Part shown: piece by piece, positions 39,665-54,455 of the stretch
How positions within the stretch are numbered: position 1 is the stretch's first letter
Layout of the letters: every line of letters starts with the position of its first letter
NCBI GenBank assembly: GCA_051362555.1
Contig: CM120640.1
Coordinates: 21,390,001 to 21,454,000 of the forward strand
Origin: Lingula anatina
Taxonomy: Eukaryota > Animalia > Brachiopoda
Reading direction: 5' to 3'
Length of the DNA: 64,000 bases
Notes under the pieces: model-generated
The model's database searches: none
What the model was told of the DNA's origin: nothing
What the model saw: only the letters and a program-made list of their open reading frames with translations
Program-made: the position numbers and the translations under genes

Positions 39665-42600
39665 CTAATCCAATTCTAGAACACTCTGGTCCCAGGGTGT
39701 CAGATGGAAAAGAAATGCATTGCTGTACCAAGGCATGTCATGTTCTTCACACAACCGTAATACAGGACTTCTGAATGGGTTGACAGTAAAATCAGACACA
39801 CTGGCAATTCTGCTCTCTTCCAAAGCAACCTTGGTGCATTCACAGCTGTACTGACAGTAGTCTGTAAAATATGCTGGAGCACCGGATTCCTGAAAGTGGC
39901 AAAAGAAACGGTTTTAATCTTTAAACTAATTAATTTTTGCTTTACGGCCATAAAGCATCAAGGCAATTCTTTATACATTAGTATTCCAGTTGCTATATGG
40001 AATGTCAAACTTCCTTACCATAATTTTTGTAGTCCCACGTTTCCAGGTCATGTAGGCACTTATCCCTGCATTGAATCCTAAATAAGAATAATAAAAAAAA
40101 AAAAAAAAAAAAAAAAAAATGACACATTAAAATAAAACAAAGAATTCCTGGTGAAATACTAACTCAAAGTATATTGTAAATTAAAAGTACTCAGTGAACA
40201 AAATCTTTCAATGACAATATGCAGAAAAATACTGTAAGACTTTGCAAGACATATTTAAAATGTGATCTCATCTTTTAATTAAAAAGCAAGATATCTCAAA
40301 TCGAAATCAACTTCCTGAGAAAATTAAAAATGTAAACAGTTTAAAAAGGAACAACTGGTAAATTACAGTAAGATTCAATTTTTCTAAGGGTACATTTGTA
40401 TTTATTACCAATAATCAGATCTGGCCTGACTCCAGGATACTTTTCATAAAGACCCTTATAGATGATGACATTCACATTTTGATGCTGCATTTGTTTTTTG
40501 TGGACCTTTTTACAGATTTCTGGCCCTATTAGAATAATTGTGAGCTGTATTTCTGGCAATAATGCTCCCAGCTCCTAAAATCGAGCAAATGTAAAACAGG
40601 GTTGATATAAATATCATTGTTATGCAAACGTAATCAGTCATAACAATCCAAAGAAAACAAAAACTATCATGAATGATACTGAAAATAAAAGAAAAACAAA
40701 TTACCCAATTGTTGGGCATATGGTTCAAAAAAGAGAGCAAATGGGATTAAATTCCAATGAAGTATGTGAATTACTCACCCAGAAAACAGGAATGATACTG
40801 GCTTCCTTCTCCGCACCGACAACATGGATAGTAAACTGCGCAGCATCAATTTGTTTTGCACTTGGGTCTGTAAAAGAAACAGATTATCAACCATGTACCA
40901 ATATGAAAATCCGAGATTAAGACTTAGAAAATAGTAAAAATCACACAAAGCATGCAGGTTATATTCCTAATTCTAGACATAAATTGTTTACATATGTTAA
41001 AACTGATATAAATATTAATCTTACTTAATAGATTATATGTTTAATGAACAAGAAATACACCAAAGCAAAAGGCAGCATTAATGAATGGTATGCAGGAAAA
41101 TAGAGAGGCACACAAAACACTAATTTAATGCATAATAAAAATGCCAATAAAACTGTATTCCTAAGATTTAAGTTATTTCAAAGTAGAAGTAATAAAAGAT
41201 TTTTATAAAATGGGCCTTTGTATCAATATCTCCAATTAAAAATTTCAGAAAATTACACAAAGCATTAAGTACAAAATATTAAAAAATACAATAATGCATA
41301 ATTCTACCTTATATTATAATGAAAAAATTTCTTTTAATACTCACAATCTTTTGTCAGACATGTTGTCAGAATGTAGTACAAAGTCAATGGGTACTGCAGT
41401 AGAATAGCTATGGGGGAGTCAAGCCTGAATCCTCTCCAGTCATAATAGCTTTTCCAGTCAGTGAGGGGGGATATTTTTTGAGCATTATCAGTTGGCTGTT
41501 CTTCAAGTATTGAGGATTCCACTGGCAGAACATAAGGATTGTCACCATATTGTAGATTACCTAGAAAAAGAGGAGAATTATTCTGCACATTCAAGTTTTA
41601 ATATAGTTGTGCAAAAACTGTGGAAGATTTAAATTAGGGTTTATAATAATAATTATTATTTATGAACAAGATGTAAATATGCCAGCAAACAAAAGAACTT
41701 CAGTGGCAGAGTAACAAAAAATAAAATACCAGAAATTTTCAATTAAATATTCACCTAATGCCAAATCCCTTAAAATCAACTTTCAGTAATATATAGAGTA
41801 TGCATACCATATGTAGGATAATCATATTTTGATGCCAAAAACTCAACATTCCACATGCCTTGCTCAAGTACACCCATTTTCTGAAGGAATTCCTTGTATC
41901 TATATCTGCTAAAGTTCTTTGACGAGGTCTCTGATAAGGTAAACACAAATATTTCATGCTTTAAATATATATATATATATTTAAAAACAGAGCAATTTCA
42001 AAAAATAATTTGATCAATAAAAATAATCAAAGTTCGAAGAAATACAAGTATTAAAACTGAAATCAATGATATTTTTCTATGGACAAAATCTTAAAAAATT
42101 ATCAGATCATATCTTTTTCTAATTCTAAAACATAATTACATTACACAAAATGATTTATTCTTTTTAACACCTTTTATTTAAGTTCATTGTTTCCAATATC
42201 AACAAATGCTAAAACAATGCTAAGTCAAGTAAAAGTGTTATGCATTGTCACTGTATGCTATCAAACTAACCTGACATGTAAGTAAATGGCAAGTTCTTTA
42301 ATTCATCTGTCTTCTTCATAAAATCTGCTATTTTCTTGCACCAGAGCTTGTGACTAAGGTAATCTCCATGTAAGGATTTCCAGTCACAAACCTGACACTC
42401 TTTGGAGCAGTACAGCATTGCTTTGCAACCTGTGCTGGAACATGAATATTAACATTAGAAAATATATAGTACAATGATGCGAGAAAGATCAAATCTTTAA
42501 ACATTGACTCACTGACCAGAAGACATTTTTATCACAAAAATGTTGCCTTGTTACAATACATAATAACAACATGACAAAAAGCTGGGTCGAATACTACTAA

Positions 42601-43857
42601 ATTAATGGATTACCACTTCTTTAACTGACTCCTAGGTCTCTGGAGCATACAGCTTGCACATTTTCTGACTGGGTCCTCTGGGGAGGCTGCTTGATTTTTG
42701 ATCACTTTGGTAGATGGTATCCATTTGATTCCAAGAGCTTCAAATTTGGCCTTAGTTTCACTGACAAAGATGGAAGTGGAAAATGTTTTAGTTTCACTGA
42801 CAAAGTTGGAAGTGGAAAATGTTTTAACTGGTAACTTCACCTTTACAAACAACATAATTTTTGTGAGCACTGTACATCTTTCTGTGAAATTTGAATAAGC
42901 TATTGTAGGCTTTGCAGCCAAATATTGGCAAAATTGCAACTTCACATTCCCATAGGGTTGCATGTTATTTTTCAACACCTGAGCTCTTTTTATGGCCAGA
43001 TGGGCTGCTCATTATGTCAAAGGCTGCCCCCTTGTATGTAGTATCAGTTCACATTCCCATAGGGTTGCATGTTATTTTTCAACACCTGAGCTCTTTTTAT
43101 GGCCAGATGGGCTGCTCATTATGTCAAAGGCTGCCCCCTTGTATGTAGTATCAGTTCTATAGCCTCTTGTTTTACAATGCAAGATTAAATTTAGGAAAAG
43201 AAAATCCTAATTTAGAATCAAACAAGTGAGTTGCTATAATATCGTTCATCAATTCATCATAATTATTTTATCGATATCATTAATAATTGCTGTCTTGATT
43301 TTTGTTAAGACCGTAACCCATTTCCTCTGAAAAAGCAATGTGCTCAGAATTTAAGACCAGGGTGTAGTGTCTACAGAACCTATGTTCACACAGATTCTTA
43401 CTCAGTCATCTCTTCATCTCTGAAGTACAAATGGATTGGCCTTCTAGGGGGACCAAACACAGGATTAAGCATAGCTTGGCAGGCTGTGGTATATGCCTGT
43501 GTTTGAAAAGAAACTGATGCTGGGTTGCCTTCTGCATTGGTTGTCACCAGGTCTCCCTTCTCACTATCTAAAACTACCAGGACGCGGTAACCTCGTACTG
43601 ATGCTGTCTCTGAAAAATATCAATATAATAAATATTTTTTTTACTGCCTGACATTGACAAGTCACTTTACTTTAGTTGTACGAATAAATACTGCATTTAC
43701 AGTAACATACTTAAATAGTAACATGCACTGACATGTATGTGTGCCAGTCAATGATATGTTACCAAATCAACCTTTATGCAGCATGACCCTCATTCTTAGA
43801 CATGCACGTCTTGGGTTTTCCATGTCTTCAAGACCTTTCACAATGAATTTTGTCAAC
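39665..43857 (-). CDS. ZMYND15: Zinc finger MYND domain protein 15 (MSS51 family); exons 43772-43857, 43402-43609, 42614-42760, 42271-42434, 41808-41930, 41345-41560, 40779-40867, 40409-40574, 40019-40077, 39665-39889; 5' end unresolved (may reach ~44953)
   Basis: MYND finger CASC...CTGCKAMLYCSKECQ...SHKLWC, then LPFTY, WKSYYDWRGFRLDSPIAILLQYPLTLYY, IHVVGAEKE, PDLIIGFNAG and NPFRSP...PWYSNAFLFHL, matching recalled vertebrate ZMYND15. Confidence 0.85.
42941..43154. repeat. Apparently perfect 107-bp tandem duplication in a ZMYND15 intron
   Basis: ttcacattcccatagggttg...gtatgtagtatcag at 42941-43047 and 43048-43154. Confidence 0.92.
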
Positions 43858-45406
43858 CTGTAACTACTGCACACAAACTCCACAAGGACATTCCCTGAAT
43901 GCCACTCATATTAACAGACTTAGGGCACATTCCCAATGAAACCATCATTCTACGTAGATCAATCCAACTCTGCAGGAACTCTTGCTGTATGCAATCAGAA
44001 TTACATGTCTCGATTTTGCTAAGGGCCCGGACCCTCTTGTTTCCAACATATTTGTATAATCAGCAGTTTTTTTCTGTATTTGACTTAATGCCATGAGGAG
44101 ACATGTTAATCTTTTTACCTGTCTACATTCAGTGAGAGTCCTTGCGACAGTTTCAATTGGAAGGCGCCCCACCCAACATGCCTCCTCTTGTTTCCAATGT
44201 ACTCGAATAAGTACCAGCATTACTATATTCTTCTCAACGTTATGCTAGTTAGTTGGCCTGATTGCATTCAGGGAGATTCCCTGTGAAGTTAGTGATGCAT
44301 AAGCTAGGTCAAAAAAATTCAATCTGAACGGTCACTTTAACTTTCTTCTATTAACCCATTACAGTGACGTCATATTTGCTCAGTAACACTAGTCCCGTGG
44401 CCATGTTGGAAGGAAAGAACCATGAGGAATAGTAGCGTTAATATTAGGTGAACCAAATAAAATAAAATAAACTTCATATCGCGATCGAGTACACCAAAGG
44501 GAAAAGGATATATACAGGTGGAAGCTTCAGCTGATCAGCAGGATCGACCGATATGAACTCAAGACAGTTAAAAGACGTGAAATCCTACCATATGTGACTC
44601 ATCCAACATCGTGTTGTCAGAAGCTAGTTCAGTTATCTTGTACTTCATTTTTCTTGTTCATTGGGTAATAACTGTTATAATTTGAGAGAGTTTAATGTGT
44701 AATCATAAGTTCAACCTTTCATAGAAGCAACTTTTTTAATAAAGAATAGATATAAGGAGAAATTTGAGCTGATCATCGGGATCGAACCTAATGGACTCAA
44801 GGAAGAATGTATGCAGGATTGTCTTATGACATGAAATATTGCTGTCAGATATGAATCTTCATGAATACTACCTTCTTCTTCATCTGAATCTGCAATATCC
44901 CCCACATACCAAGCAAAATCGGTAAATGGCAGTGTCCTGATTTTGTCTTCCATTTCACAATAGTCTCTTCAATACTGCACCTTTATGTTGTCAGAATAAC
45001 CACAAAAATGAAATATGTTGGAATCGCCTTGAACCTTTGCATTTCGTGCCTCACCAGTGTCCGTGCTTTTCAAATCTCCAAGGTCGAAAGAGCAGGAGGC
45101 TTTGTTAGCCTGACTTTTTAAACACAAAGATTCGCAATAGAAAAATCAAATGATGTATTTCCATGGCAAATATTTCAATTTAAATATTTCATATATGTTA
45201 TAATTTTGGTTATTGATGTTTTTGGGCTTAACGTGTTTATACAACGTATAAACCCCTTAATTTGTCTTGCTGCTCCCTACGCCTTCCTCGGCTATAATAA
45301 CTGTGACGTCCGTGGAGTGCATTACATTTTGCCATTCATAGGGATGCATTTGTACACCACTGTAACAAGAGTAGAGTTTTAGGTTTTTGCTTCCGTTAAG
45401 AACAAT

Positions 45407-47084
45407 ATGAGCAGGTATGTATGCAAAAGGCAACTATGTCTAAAAGTGATACAGTTTAAATTGATGACCAGGTTATCCAGATTCAACAAGAATTACTTCA
45501 GGTCAAATATCTTTGTTTTCATTTTAGTGTTTACCATGTGGTCTTCATACTGGGCATATAAATTAGTTTTATTATCGCTCTCACTGTGAAAAATACACGA
45601 GAAATTGTGTTTACTTATATAAACGTCTACTAGAATTGTTGATTTTATTTGAGGTTTTAGGAAGGGGGGGGGGGGTTCTTGTTCAAGTTGCTTCCACATT
45701 ATGTAACATGTACCATTCAAAAGAGTCGATATGTATAACATATATGTAACAACAATAATATTGTTCATAAAATAATCCAGTCCAGCCTTGCAGAATTTAA
45801 ACAGTTTTTATGTGGGGATGCTATGCAGTGAAGTTACACAATGTTATAGTACAGAAGTTTTTGTTTTATAGTTTGTACGAAATCTAGACTGGCTTTTGTG
45901 AAGTTCGCGATAATGACATGCGGTGGCACGGCCTGTTCTTTGTTTACATAAAGGATTGGATGTCCTTTGTTGACATAGAGAATGACAGTGATGAAATGTG
46001 TGTCCTGAGATGCTGTTGTCATTAAAGCGTTTTTGGACAGCTATTGAGCTGACAGACCATTAGTCTACAGGGCTGTAGGCAAAAGATAATGCCTAGGCAT
46101 AGGATTAATGCCATAAGTTTACTATCTCCAGAATTTGCTTCACCAGCTGTACATAAAAAATTAAATGGAAAATTAGATAAAATGCTGTCAGTGATTTTAG
46201 ATAGTTAAAAAAGATTAATGACCTCCTTCAAGTGATGTTAAGATTTTTGGAATTTATGCGGTCTTATCCATTTTGTGTGTGTTTTTAGGCACACTCACTA
46301 TATATCAGACTTGAAGGATGTTAAACCATTTAAATGGGTGAACATGAATTTCTAGCATTAGAGCAGGTATTCTGTTGGAAGGATATTTCAAGAATGGTCC
46401 ATTAACTTAATTTTAATAATAGAATAGAATAATCAAGCAAGCACTTTGTGAGTGATTTTAATACAGATTTTGTTTGGGATGTGTTGGATAGAAATTTATA
46501 TTTAAATGAGGTGTGCTGGTGTGGTTTTTATCTTTATAAAATTGTTCTAAAGTAAAGACTGATAGTAGATGGGATTGGATCATGAATCTTAATACATATG
46601 GTTTTCGCTCATTTTGGGATGGGTTCCACATATTCCAGTGGTTAAGAAATGTATGAAACAGGATTCATGGTGGAATTTTAAGGAGAGCCATATATCTGAA
46701 AACAAAGAAACAACAGGTTGGTCTTCAAAGGTCCGTTGTCATTGCAGGTCAGAGAAAAAACCATTATGCTGTGTCATGGCTTCTCAAACGACAGAGAGTG
46801 ATTTTACACAATCCTTTGCAAGCATAAGTCTTTTACACAATGTATCTGATGCCCCTGGGAAAAAAGATAATGATATTAAAGACTCTTTGAAAATTTACAA
46901 TTATGTCTATAATTATGTGTAGCCAACGACAACCAGCACTGGGGCAGTGTAGTAGTGGATTACATACCAAAGGATGCCTAATCAATCAATCAATCAGTCA
47001 ATGTCGATATTTTTTTTTTCTCTCCAAATATTTCAGCCAAATATAAATCAGTAATTTTATATTCTTTAGGTGTAAAATAGTTAT

Positions 47085-47123
<39 letters not shown>

Positions 47124-47432
47124 AGTATTGTATATAGTATAGATGCTATCTTATTTATTTTTCAGCGTCCTAGATGCAGTCCAGAGCAACAGTGCCAGAA
47201 TATTACAGTTGCTGATAGCCATCCCTGGTAGCATAAGACAGAAGGAACTGGACCGGGCTCTTCTACAGGCAGCCAAGTTAGGATATCATGAGTGTGCCTT
47301 GCATCTGTTACAAGCAGGTAGAGCATTTTTGAATGAAACAGTCATGTACTTACACCTTTTCCTCATTTATTATTTATTTTGAGTGGTATAGGTGATACAC
47401 AGTTATATATAGGTTTTGTTGGGTCATGAGAT

Positions 47433-47483
<51 letters not shown>

Positions 47484-48074
47484 TGCATCAGTGGGAATTA
47501 GAGGCACTTTTGACAGTGATTATTGGAGTTAAGTCTCAATGCTTAGGTGAGCTATTGATAGGTCATGATGCTCAGCATTTCTTTTATTCATCTCTGACAA
47601 TATTATATATGTCACACAGATGTTGCAAAATTGTTAACTTCCAAGTAGTACACAAATAAAGTTTCATTTGGCAATCGCTATAAAAGATTAACAGATTAAC
47701 CAGCAAATGGTTATATTTTGTCTGCTGACAGTCTGAGTTACATACTTTCAAATTTTAGGAATTGTTTGGGAGAGCTTGGCGTGTCTTTGTTAGTTTTCTT
47801 TAATAGAAATTAACAGATAATTGTGGCATCTTTCATCACATTCAACTAGACATGAAGTACCCAAAACTTACTAAATACGTATTTCATAAATGAAAGCAAT
47901 TTTTTTTATTGCATATCTCAAAAAAAAAAAAAAAATTCAGATCTAAAAAAATACATAATAAATAAATAATTAAAAAAATACAGATCTAAAAAAATACATA
48001 ATAGATAAATAATTAAATAAATATCTCTCTCACTCACTCTTCCTCACAAACAGACTCTCAGTCATTTGCAAAAA

Positions 48075-48105
<31 letters not shown>

Positions 48106-49666
48106 TACATATGTAGGTACTGTAACATTTACAATATGTGTCAACAACGATCTGTTGATAATCTAATAGTGAAAGACTTGATAATACCTAAATAATACAA
48201 AGCTTTATGATCTCAATAACTTCTCTTTCACAAACAAACACTCAGTAATTTGCAATATATATATGTGTGTATATACATTAAAATGAAAGCAATTTAGTTT
48301 GTTTATAACTCATAGTGACTACTTCCTTGTTTTTCTATTAAGATTTGAAAACTTTATCTTTTGATAAGATGCATTTATTTTCAGTTTGAATATTTGTAAG
48401 TTTCCTTTTCTTCTAGGAGCTGATCCTGATTTCAGTGATGCAAGTAGTAATAGCCCTCTGAAGATATCTGTAGAAAATGGGCACACACAGGTGGCCAAGG
48501 TTCTGATAGCAGCAGAATGTGATATCAATAAGAGAACAAACAGTGGCTCAACAGCTCTTCATTTTGCTGCAAGGTGAGGATAAACCAAATGATATTGTTA
48601 ATTTACGAAATTAAAAAAAGTGACCATATCATTACTGCCATCCAAAATCTTAATTTTTTTTAGTCTAAATGTTGGCTCCTAGGTAAAATGTTCAGTCATT
48701 CATTTCTATGCCTCAGAAATCTGTAATATTTAATATGTATTAGTTATATGTCTATTGCCAGCCTTTGTTATTTTCAGATATGGCAAATGTGATTCAGTCG
48801 ATCTTCTCCTTGCTGCCAATGTAAATCCTACAATTCGAGATTCGGCAGGAAATACCCCACTAATTTCTGCTGCCAAAGCACAACAAGTCCCAGTCATGAG
48901 ACGGCTGCTGCAGGTAAAGTGTGCAATAAATGCCAAGAACAAGGAAGGGATGACTGCATTACACTATGCATGCCTCACAGGGATGGGTGTGGAACTCCTC
49001 ATCAATGCTGGTGCTGATCTTAATGTCAAAGATACTGTTGGAAATACTCCCATTATTATTGCAGCCACAGAGGGACTGTGTAAGACAATCAGAAAACTGT
49101 GCCTGGCCAACTGTGATGTGAACCTGTGTAATACTGATCAGCAGAGGACTGCTCTTCATTATATGGCCATGAAGGGACATGTGGAATGTGTTGAAGAGTT
49201 ATTATATGCTGGAGCCCATCCGGATATCCCTGATGCCGGTGGTTGTACGCCATTATGGCATGCTATCAATCGCAATCAAATTGGTGTAGCTAAACTACTG
49301 TTAAGGTCTAACTGTGGCTTTGGGTTTAAGAATTACTCCTTTAAATGTGATACGAGCATGTTGCAACTTGCTTTAGAAAAGGGACACCCAGAGATTGTGA
49401 AAATGCTTGTGATTGCTGGCTGCGATTCGCACCGTCTTGGAATCTGGTTGGCTAATGAGAATATTGAACAGGTAATAAGAGAAAATGTTGGGTTGTGGGA
49501 TTGGTTGCAAGAGATGGCTGCCACCCCTAATACCCTCAAGCAGCTGTGTCGTTTGTGTGTGCGTGAGGCGATGAATCATGAAGTGATTTGTAAAACTGAG
49601 CACCTCTTTCTACCTCAGGCAATGAAAGACTACATAGCCCTCAAAGAATTAGATGATTACCATTGA
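45407..49666 (+). CDS. Ankyrin repeat and SOCS box (ASB-like) protein, ~401 aa; exons 45407-45414, 47166-47317, 48417-48573, 48778-49666
   Basis: Multiple G-x-TPLH/TALH ankyrin repeats; C-terminal SOCS box PNTLKQLCRLCVR...LFLPQAMKDYI; phases consistent with an ATG AGC AG|GT first exon. Confidence 0.9.
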
Positions 49667-50143
49667 TATTTGATCTTTTGGTAGAAAAAGCAGTGTCGAA
49701 CTTGAAGGGATTCATGGGATGCCTGAATCTCCATATGTAGTCATTAATCTGAATTGCTCAGTTTTATGAATTCTAATTTACACTTTGTGTATGGGTAAAG
49801 ATGTTGAATATCCACTCTTTAGCAAGTGGGTCGTGAGAAACGGTATCTGAAAAAGTAATTTGTTGCTAAATGCGGAGGTCTGTAATATTTGCTTACGTCT
49901 TCGATCACATGGTTAATTGATAATGCTTCATCCCATTTAATTTGAAGTTTTATGAAATTTGTTGTGTTCTAAAAATATAATAGTTGATGAAATGTCTCCT
50001 GCAAAATGTAAAATGACATTATGAGATAACTTGTGATAATTAATTAAGGATCTTTAAGTAGAGAGATTCATTTCATACAGTTCTGTGCTTGAGAGGCATA
50101 AATATTCTCTTTAACTTCATGGGGCTGATGGATTACATGTACA

Positions 50144-50486
50144 CTAGTGCATTTGATTTGGTCTTAAAGTGCAATTTAAGATCACAAATGATCTTACACG
50201 ATCTTAAACATTACAGCAATTGTCTTAAAATGGACTAAGTCTGCTTTTAAGATCAAAAATGACATTTACTTAAAAGTGGTCAAGCAGTTTCCTCCACTTA
50301 CAATGGGGGATACCTCCCCTCACAATGGAGGACACCTCTGCTCACATTAGGAGAATGTGTGAGGGGAGACAAATGCATAACAACTTAGTTGTACGTCAGT
50401 CCAGTAATGGTCTTACTCATGGTTTAATACCATGTAAGATTATTTGTGATCTGAAATTGCACTTTAAGACCAAATCATGTGCATTA
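50144..50486. mobile_element. Degenerate MITE downstream of the ASB stop codon
   Basis: ~55-bp inverted repeats tgatttggtcttaaagtgcaattt.agatcacaaat / atttgtgatct.aaattgcactttaagaccaaatca. Confidence 0.6.
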
Positions 50487-51315
50487 CCCTGGTAGTGATA
50501 GGATTATAGACCGTTGTAGGATCTTAGTTTTAGATAAATGTTTTGGACATATAATGAGATATTTAGATAATTATTTCCTGGTATTTTTCAGCCAAACTTT
50601 ATGATGGTTGAGTATTTATTGTTATGCATAGTGAAACACGTGTAATTGGACTGCTTTAACACAATTTAGTGGTGTATTTGACTCTTCATATTTTACACAA
50701 TTTAAACATTTTTTTACATGTTACCATTTCTGTAGTTTATGCATATTGTTTATTTCAATATACTTGGTGTAAGTTAATATATTCCTTTAATGAAACATTT
50801 GCTATGGAATTTATTTTTTATGTCTCCATATGTTAATGTTTGTCTCAACATTTAAAAGCTTTGTGATTGTTGTTTTTTTACCAACCAAATGTGCACAAAA
50901 GTCAGGAGAGAATACCTGCTGTTAGATATAACTAGTGTAATGCAAGATATTTATAGTTTTTTGTTGATGACTTGATGTTGACAGACTGTTAAAATACACC
51001 TACTTTCACTAGTCCTAGAAATTCAATATAATATTTTCAATGTGCTTGTAACTTTCGGCATAGTGTTGACCTGTTTTTGTTTTTTGTTTGAAGTTATGCA
51101 TAGTTGTGGGATTGTTGATATTGATAGCTGTGTTCTAACTCTGTTATGGTCACTGTTATGTAAGCATCTATAAATAAATGCACCTTTTGAAGGATTGTTT
51201 AATTGATATGAAATGTTTTCTTACTTTTGCTTCAGGACTGATTCGTAGGACTGATGTACAGGTCAGGTTCAAAAAAAAAATCTTGATTGGTTTAGTTTTG
51301 ATGAAGTGACACTGT

Positions 51316-51593
51316 TTTTCTCAGATTCAATTCCTAGGCATGTTAACAGTCTCATTATTGAACTAATTACATGCATAAAAGTGTTCTTTTGACATTTTTC
51401 TGCAAATTTAACAATTTTATTTGATTATATAAAAATGATGGTAAATCTGTTTTCGTGTTTTGTGTAGTAAAAAGTCTACTTAGAATGAAACAAATTGGAC
51501 ATTTAAAATTGTTATATTGATATTTTTCCCATTGGCAAGGATGGCGACGGTGACGACAGACTCGGGTGACAGCTATATGTACAGACACATCTG
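51316..51593. mobile_element. Partial, diverged copy of the HINE-like element found at 1-1290 and 60876-62278
   Basis: Shares ctcagattcaatt..taggcatgttaacagtctcattatt and gacgacagac...tatgtacagacacat blocks. Confidence 0.65.
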
Positions 51594-53149
51594 CCTCTTT
51601 TACCAAAAAAAATATTCCAAGTACCTTTCGAGGCCACAAACTCAATTCTGGGTGCAGGGCTAAAGCATTTTACAAGGTAGTACGAACCCTGAAAAACATA
51701 TATATTATTGTGACTTAATTGTGACTTAATTGACCCCACAAATTGAATAATTTGTGAGGTCAATTAAGTAATTTTTGAAAAATTTGTTCAGTAATTTTCA
51801 ACTTACTGTTCACATTCAAAATATTTACAACACAATTCACAATAAAAATAAGTGATACAATTATAAATAAAGCCCTTTGCCAAAAGGTCTTACAGAATAA
51901 AAACTATTTGGCTTAAATCTGCTTAAAATTTTGTGTACCAGCCACAGTTACATTACATTGTTGATAATTCTTTTGGAAAGAAAGCTACACACAACTGATA
52001 CTATGAACAGTCATTAAACAAAGACATGGCATTTCTAACATTTATTTACAGAGAAGCAATAATTACATAACTTCAATTCTATGTATTGCTCCAGTTTCTG
52101 AAGCTGATCAACAACCATTTCTTTTTCACTCCCACATACATTTAGACATGTCCAAATGTAACCTTGCATTGAACATTCAGTCACAAACTCCACTTTCTAT
52201 GTTTCAACAATAACAATAACCTATCAATAATAATAAGAAGCAATTAAATGCTATTATGTGACATCTTCTGATTTAGTTTCATTGATCAACCACTTATAAA
52301 TAATTGGCAAGATCATATCACATAACTTGTGTATCTTCAAGTTTTATCTAATACTGTATAGCTGTTCTTAAGACAATTTCACAAAGACCTGCGCGCACAC
52401 GTATATTACCAAGACCTTGCAAAAAATTCCATCAAATATGTTCTAGACAATCTTCAAAAGAGGTATACTGGAGTACCATACCAGTTACAAATCTTCTCAT
52501 TTCAAATGTTTCATGAGAAAGGTGTATACTTGAACTATAGTAAAAAGTTTCCTCTCAGATGATCTGAAAAGATTCCTTTTGATAGTGCAACATACTCTCC
52601 AATATTTATGCATCCAAACCATGTGTCTGTGAATAGAGATAGATTGTATTTAGAGCAGAGGTTAACAATTGGTTATCAGCTTTGCCCTGTTACTATGGTA
52701 ATGGATGATATGTCATTAATTAGCAGTTCAGGGATGGCAGAGACCAATGACATGTATTTCAAGTAGCTCATTGCTAAGACTAAGCTCAGGGTAGTTAAAT
52801 GCTGCATTATGGTATAATACCACAGCTGTGAACTATATATAAATTAATATAAACCCTCTAACACACAACCAGCTCTGTCATACTATCATACTACACCTGG
52901 AAATTTTTTTTTTGAAAATATTCAGAACTGAAATAACTGATTTGTGTGAAATATTACAAGAAATTACCATACCCCTCCTGCACATATATTTTAAGATCTA
53001 GTGAAAGTAACTATAAGCAAAAAATAAAGAAAAATAGGTGCACAATAAAATAAAACACCAATCCCAGAGGAAAAATGCACAATGAGAAATCTATATACAA
53101 CATCTGTAAACTTTTCAAAAAAATATTTCAAAAGCAGCAGAAAAAATTG

Positions 53150-53208
<59 letters not shown>

Positions 53209-54455
53209 ACTAATTATACAGATAGCATGCAGATACACTATGTCACAATTCACAACTATGTGACTATATATATCCAAGAAACACTGCAGTAATGTATTAT
53301 CAGAAACACTATAAGCAAGACATCACGATCCAAAAGGCAGTCATAGGGTAACAGTAATACAGACTAAATATATTATTATAGCACATATAGTAAACTTCAC
53401 ATTTTTAAGTGCTGTATCTGAAAACGTGACTTATGTGTTACTCTTGTACATAAAAAAAATCATACAACATACACATCTGCATTGATATGGCATTCTAAAT
53501 GATATAGGAACTGAAAACAGCCCCCACCCTCCCACCCTTGTGCTGTGCATGAGGTACAGTGCTGTCAAAACATATTACATACTGATACAACAAGGTACCA
53601 CCCAGTAATACTGAATCTAAAAGAAAAAAAAACAACAAAAAACAAACAAATTACACATGTACAGTTATTAAAGCCAAAACACTACATTTCTGAATAGATG
53701 ATATATTTCTGCCTGAATATATGATGCATCTCTTCCTTTTTAACTAAATACAGTCTGGCTTTATACTACAGTTACTGTTTCTCAGACCTGACCACTTCCT
53801 AAATTAGGTATACATAATGGCATCATGTTGAATGAAATTAATAACTTGTTATCTAATTCATGGAATATATATAATCATTATAATGCCAATCAGGTAATCG
53901 TTAAGAGAAAAAAAAAAGGTTTTATGAAAGAACTGCGTAACTATTATGCATCAATACAGTTAAAGACATCTATAAAATATTTTAAAAGGTAAAATAATAT
54001 ATCTAAGAAGGAAACAAAGACCATCAGTTTACATGTTCTTGTGATAAATAGAAAACAACTGCACCTTTCAAATATTGCTTTTAACTTAGGGTCTACATTT
54101 TTCTTCAAATAAAGACTCATATCCTGTCATTTAGGAATCAGAGAGAGTACAAAATTTGTTTCATTCAAATTAAAAATATTCTTTTTTCTTTGAAACAAAG
54201 AAACACAACCAATATCTATAAAGCTTTTGCCTTCAGTAAATGAAGACCAATTGTCACTTTTTGTGGTTGTTTTGTCAGCAACATTCATAAAAAAACTAAA
54301 TAAAATTTGAACAAAAATACACTCCAAAGTTTTTTTTTTTTGTCTATAAAAGAACTTTGGCACTCAATTTCATAATAAACATTACCGGGATTGAGGAATT
54401 TGAAGCGAAATACAGCTGATGGCCTGGTAAAACTCATCACCTAAAATCACCTTCA

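Noticed and set aside
43945-44220. ORF MLVLIRVHW as the first exon of ZMYND15
   Set aside because: Its CAG|GT donor is phase 0 but the 43857 exon needs phase 2; left unresolved.
53617-54385. Possible 3' UTR intron (NMD trigger) in the membrane-protein gene
   Set aside because: Only a GTAATG donor and a pyrimidine-rich AG are visible, which is insufficient without transcripts.
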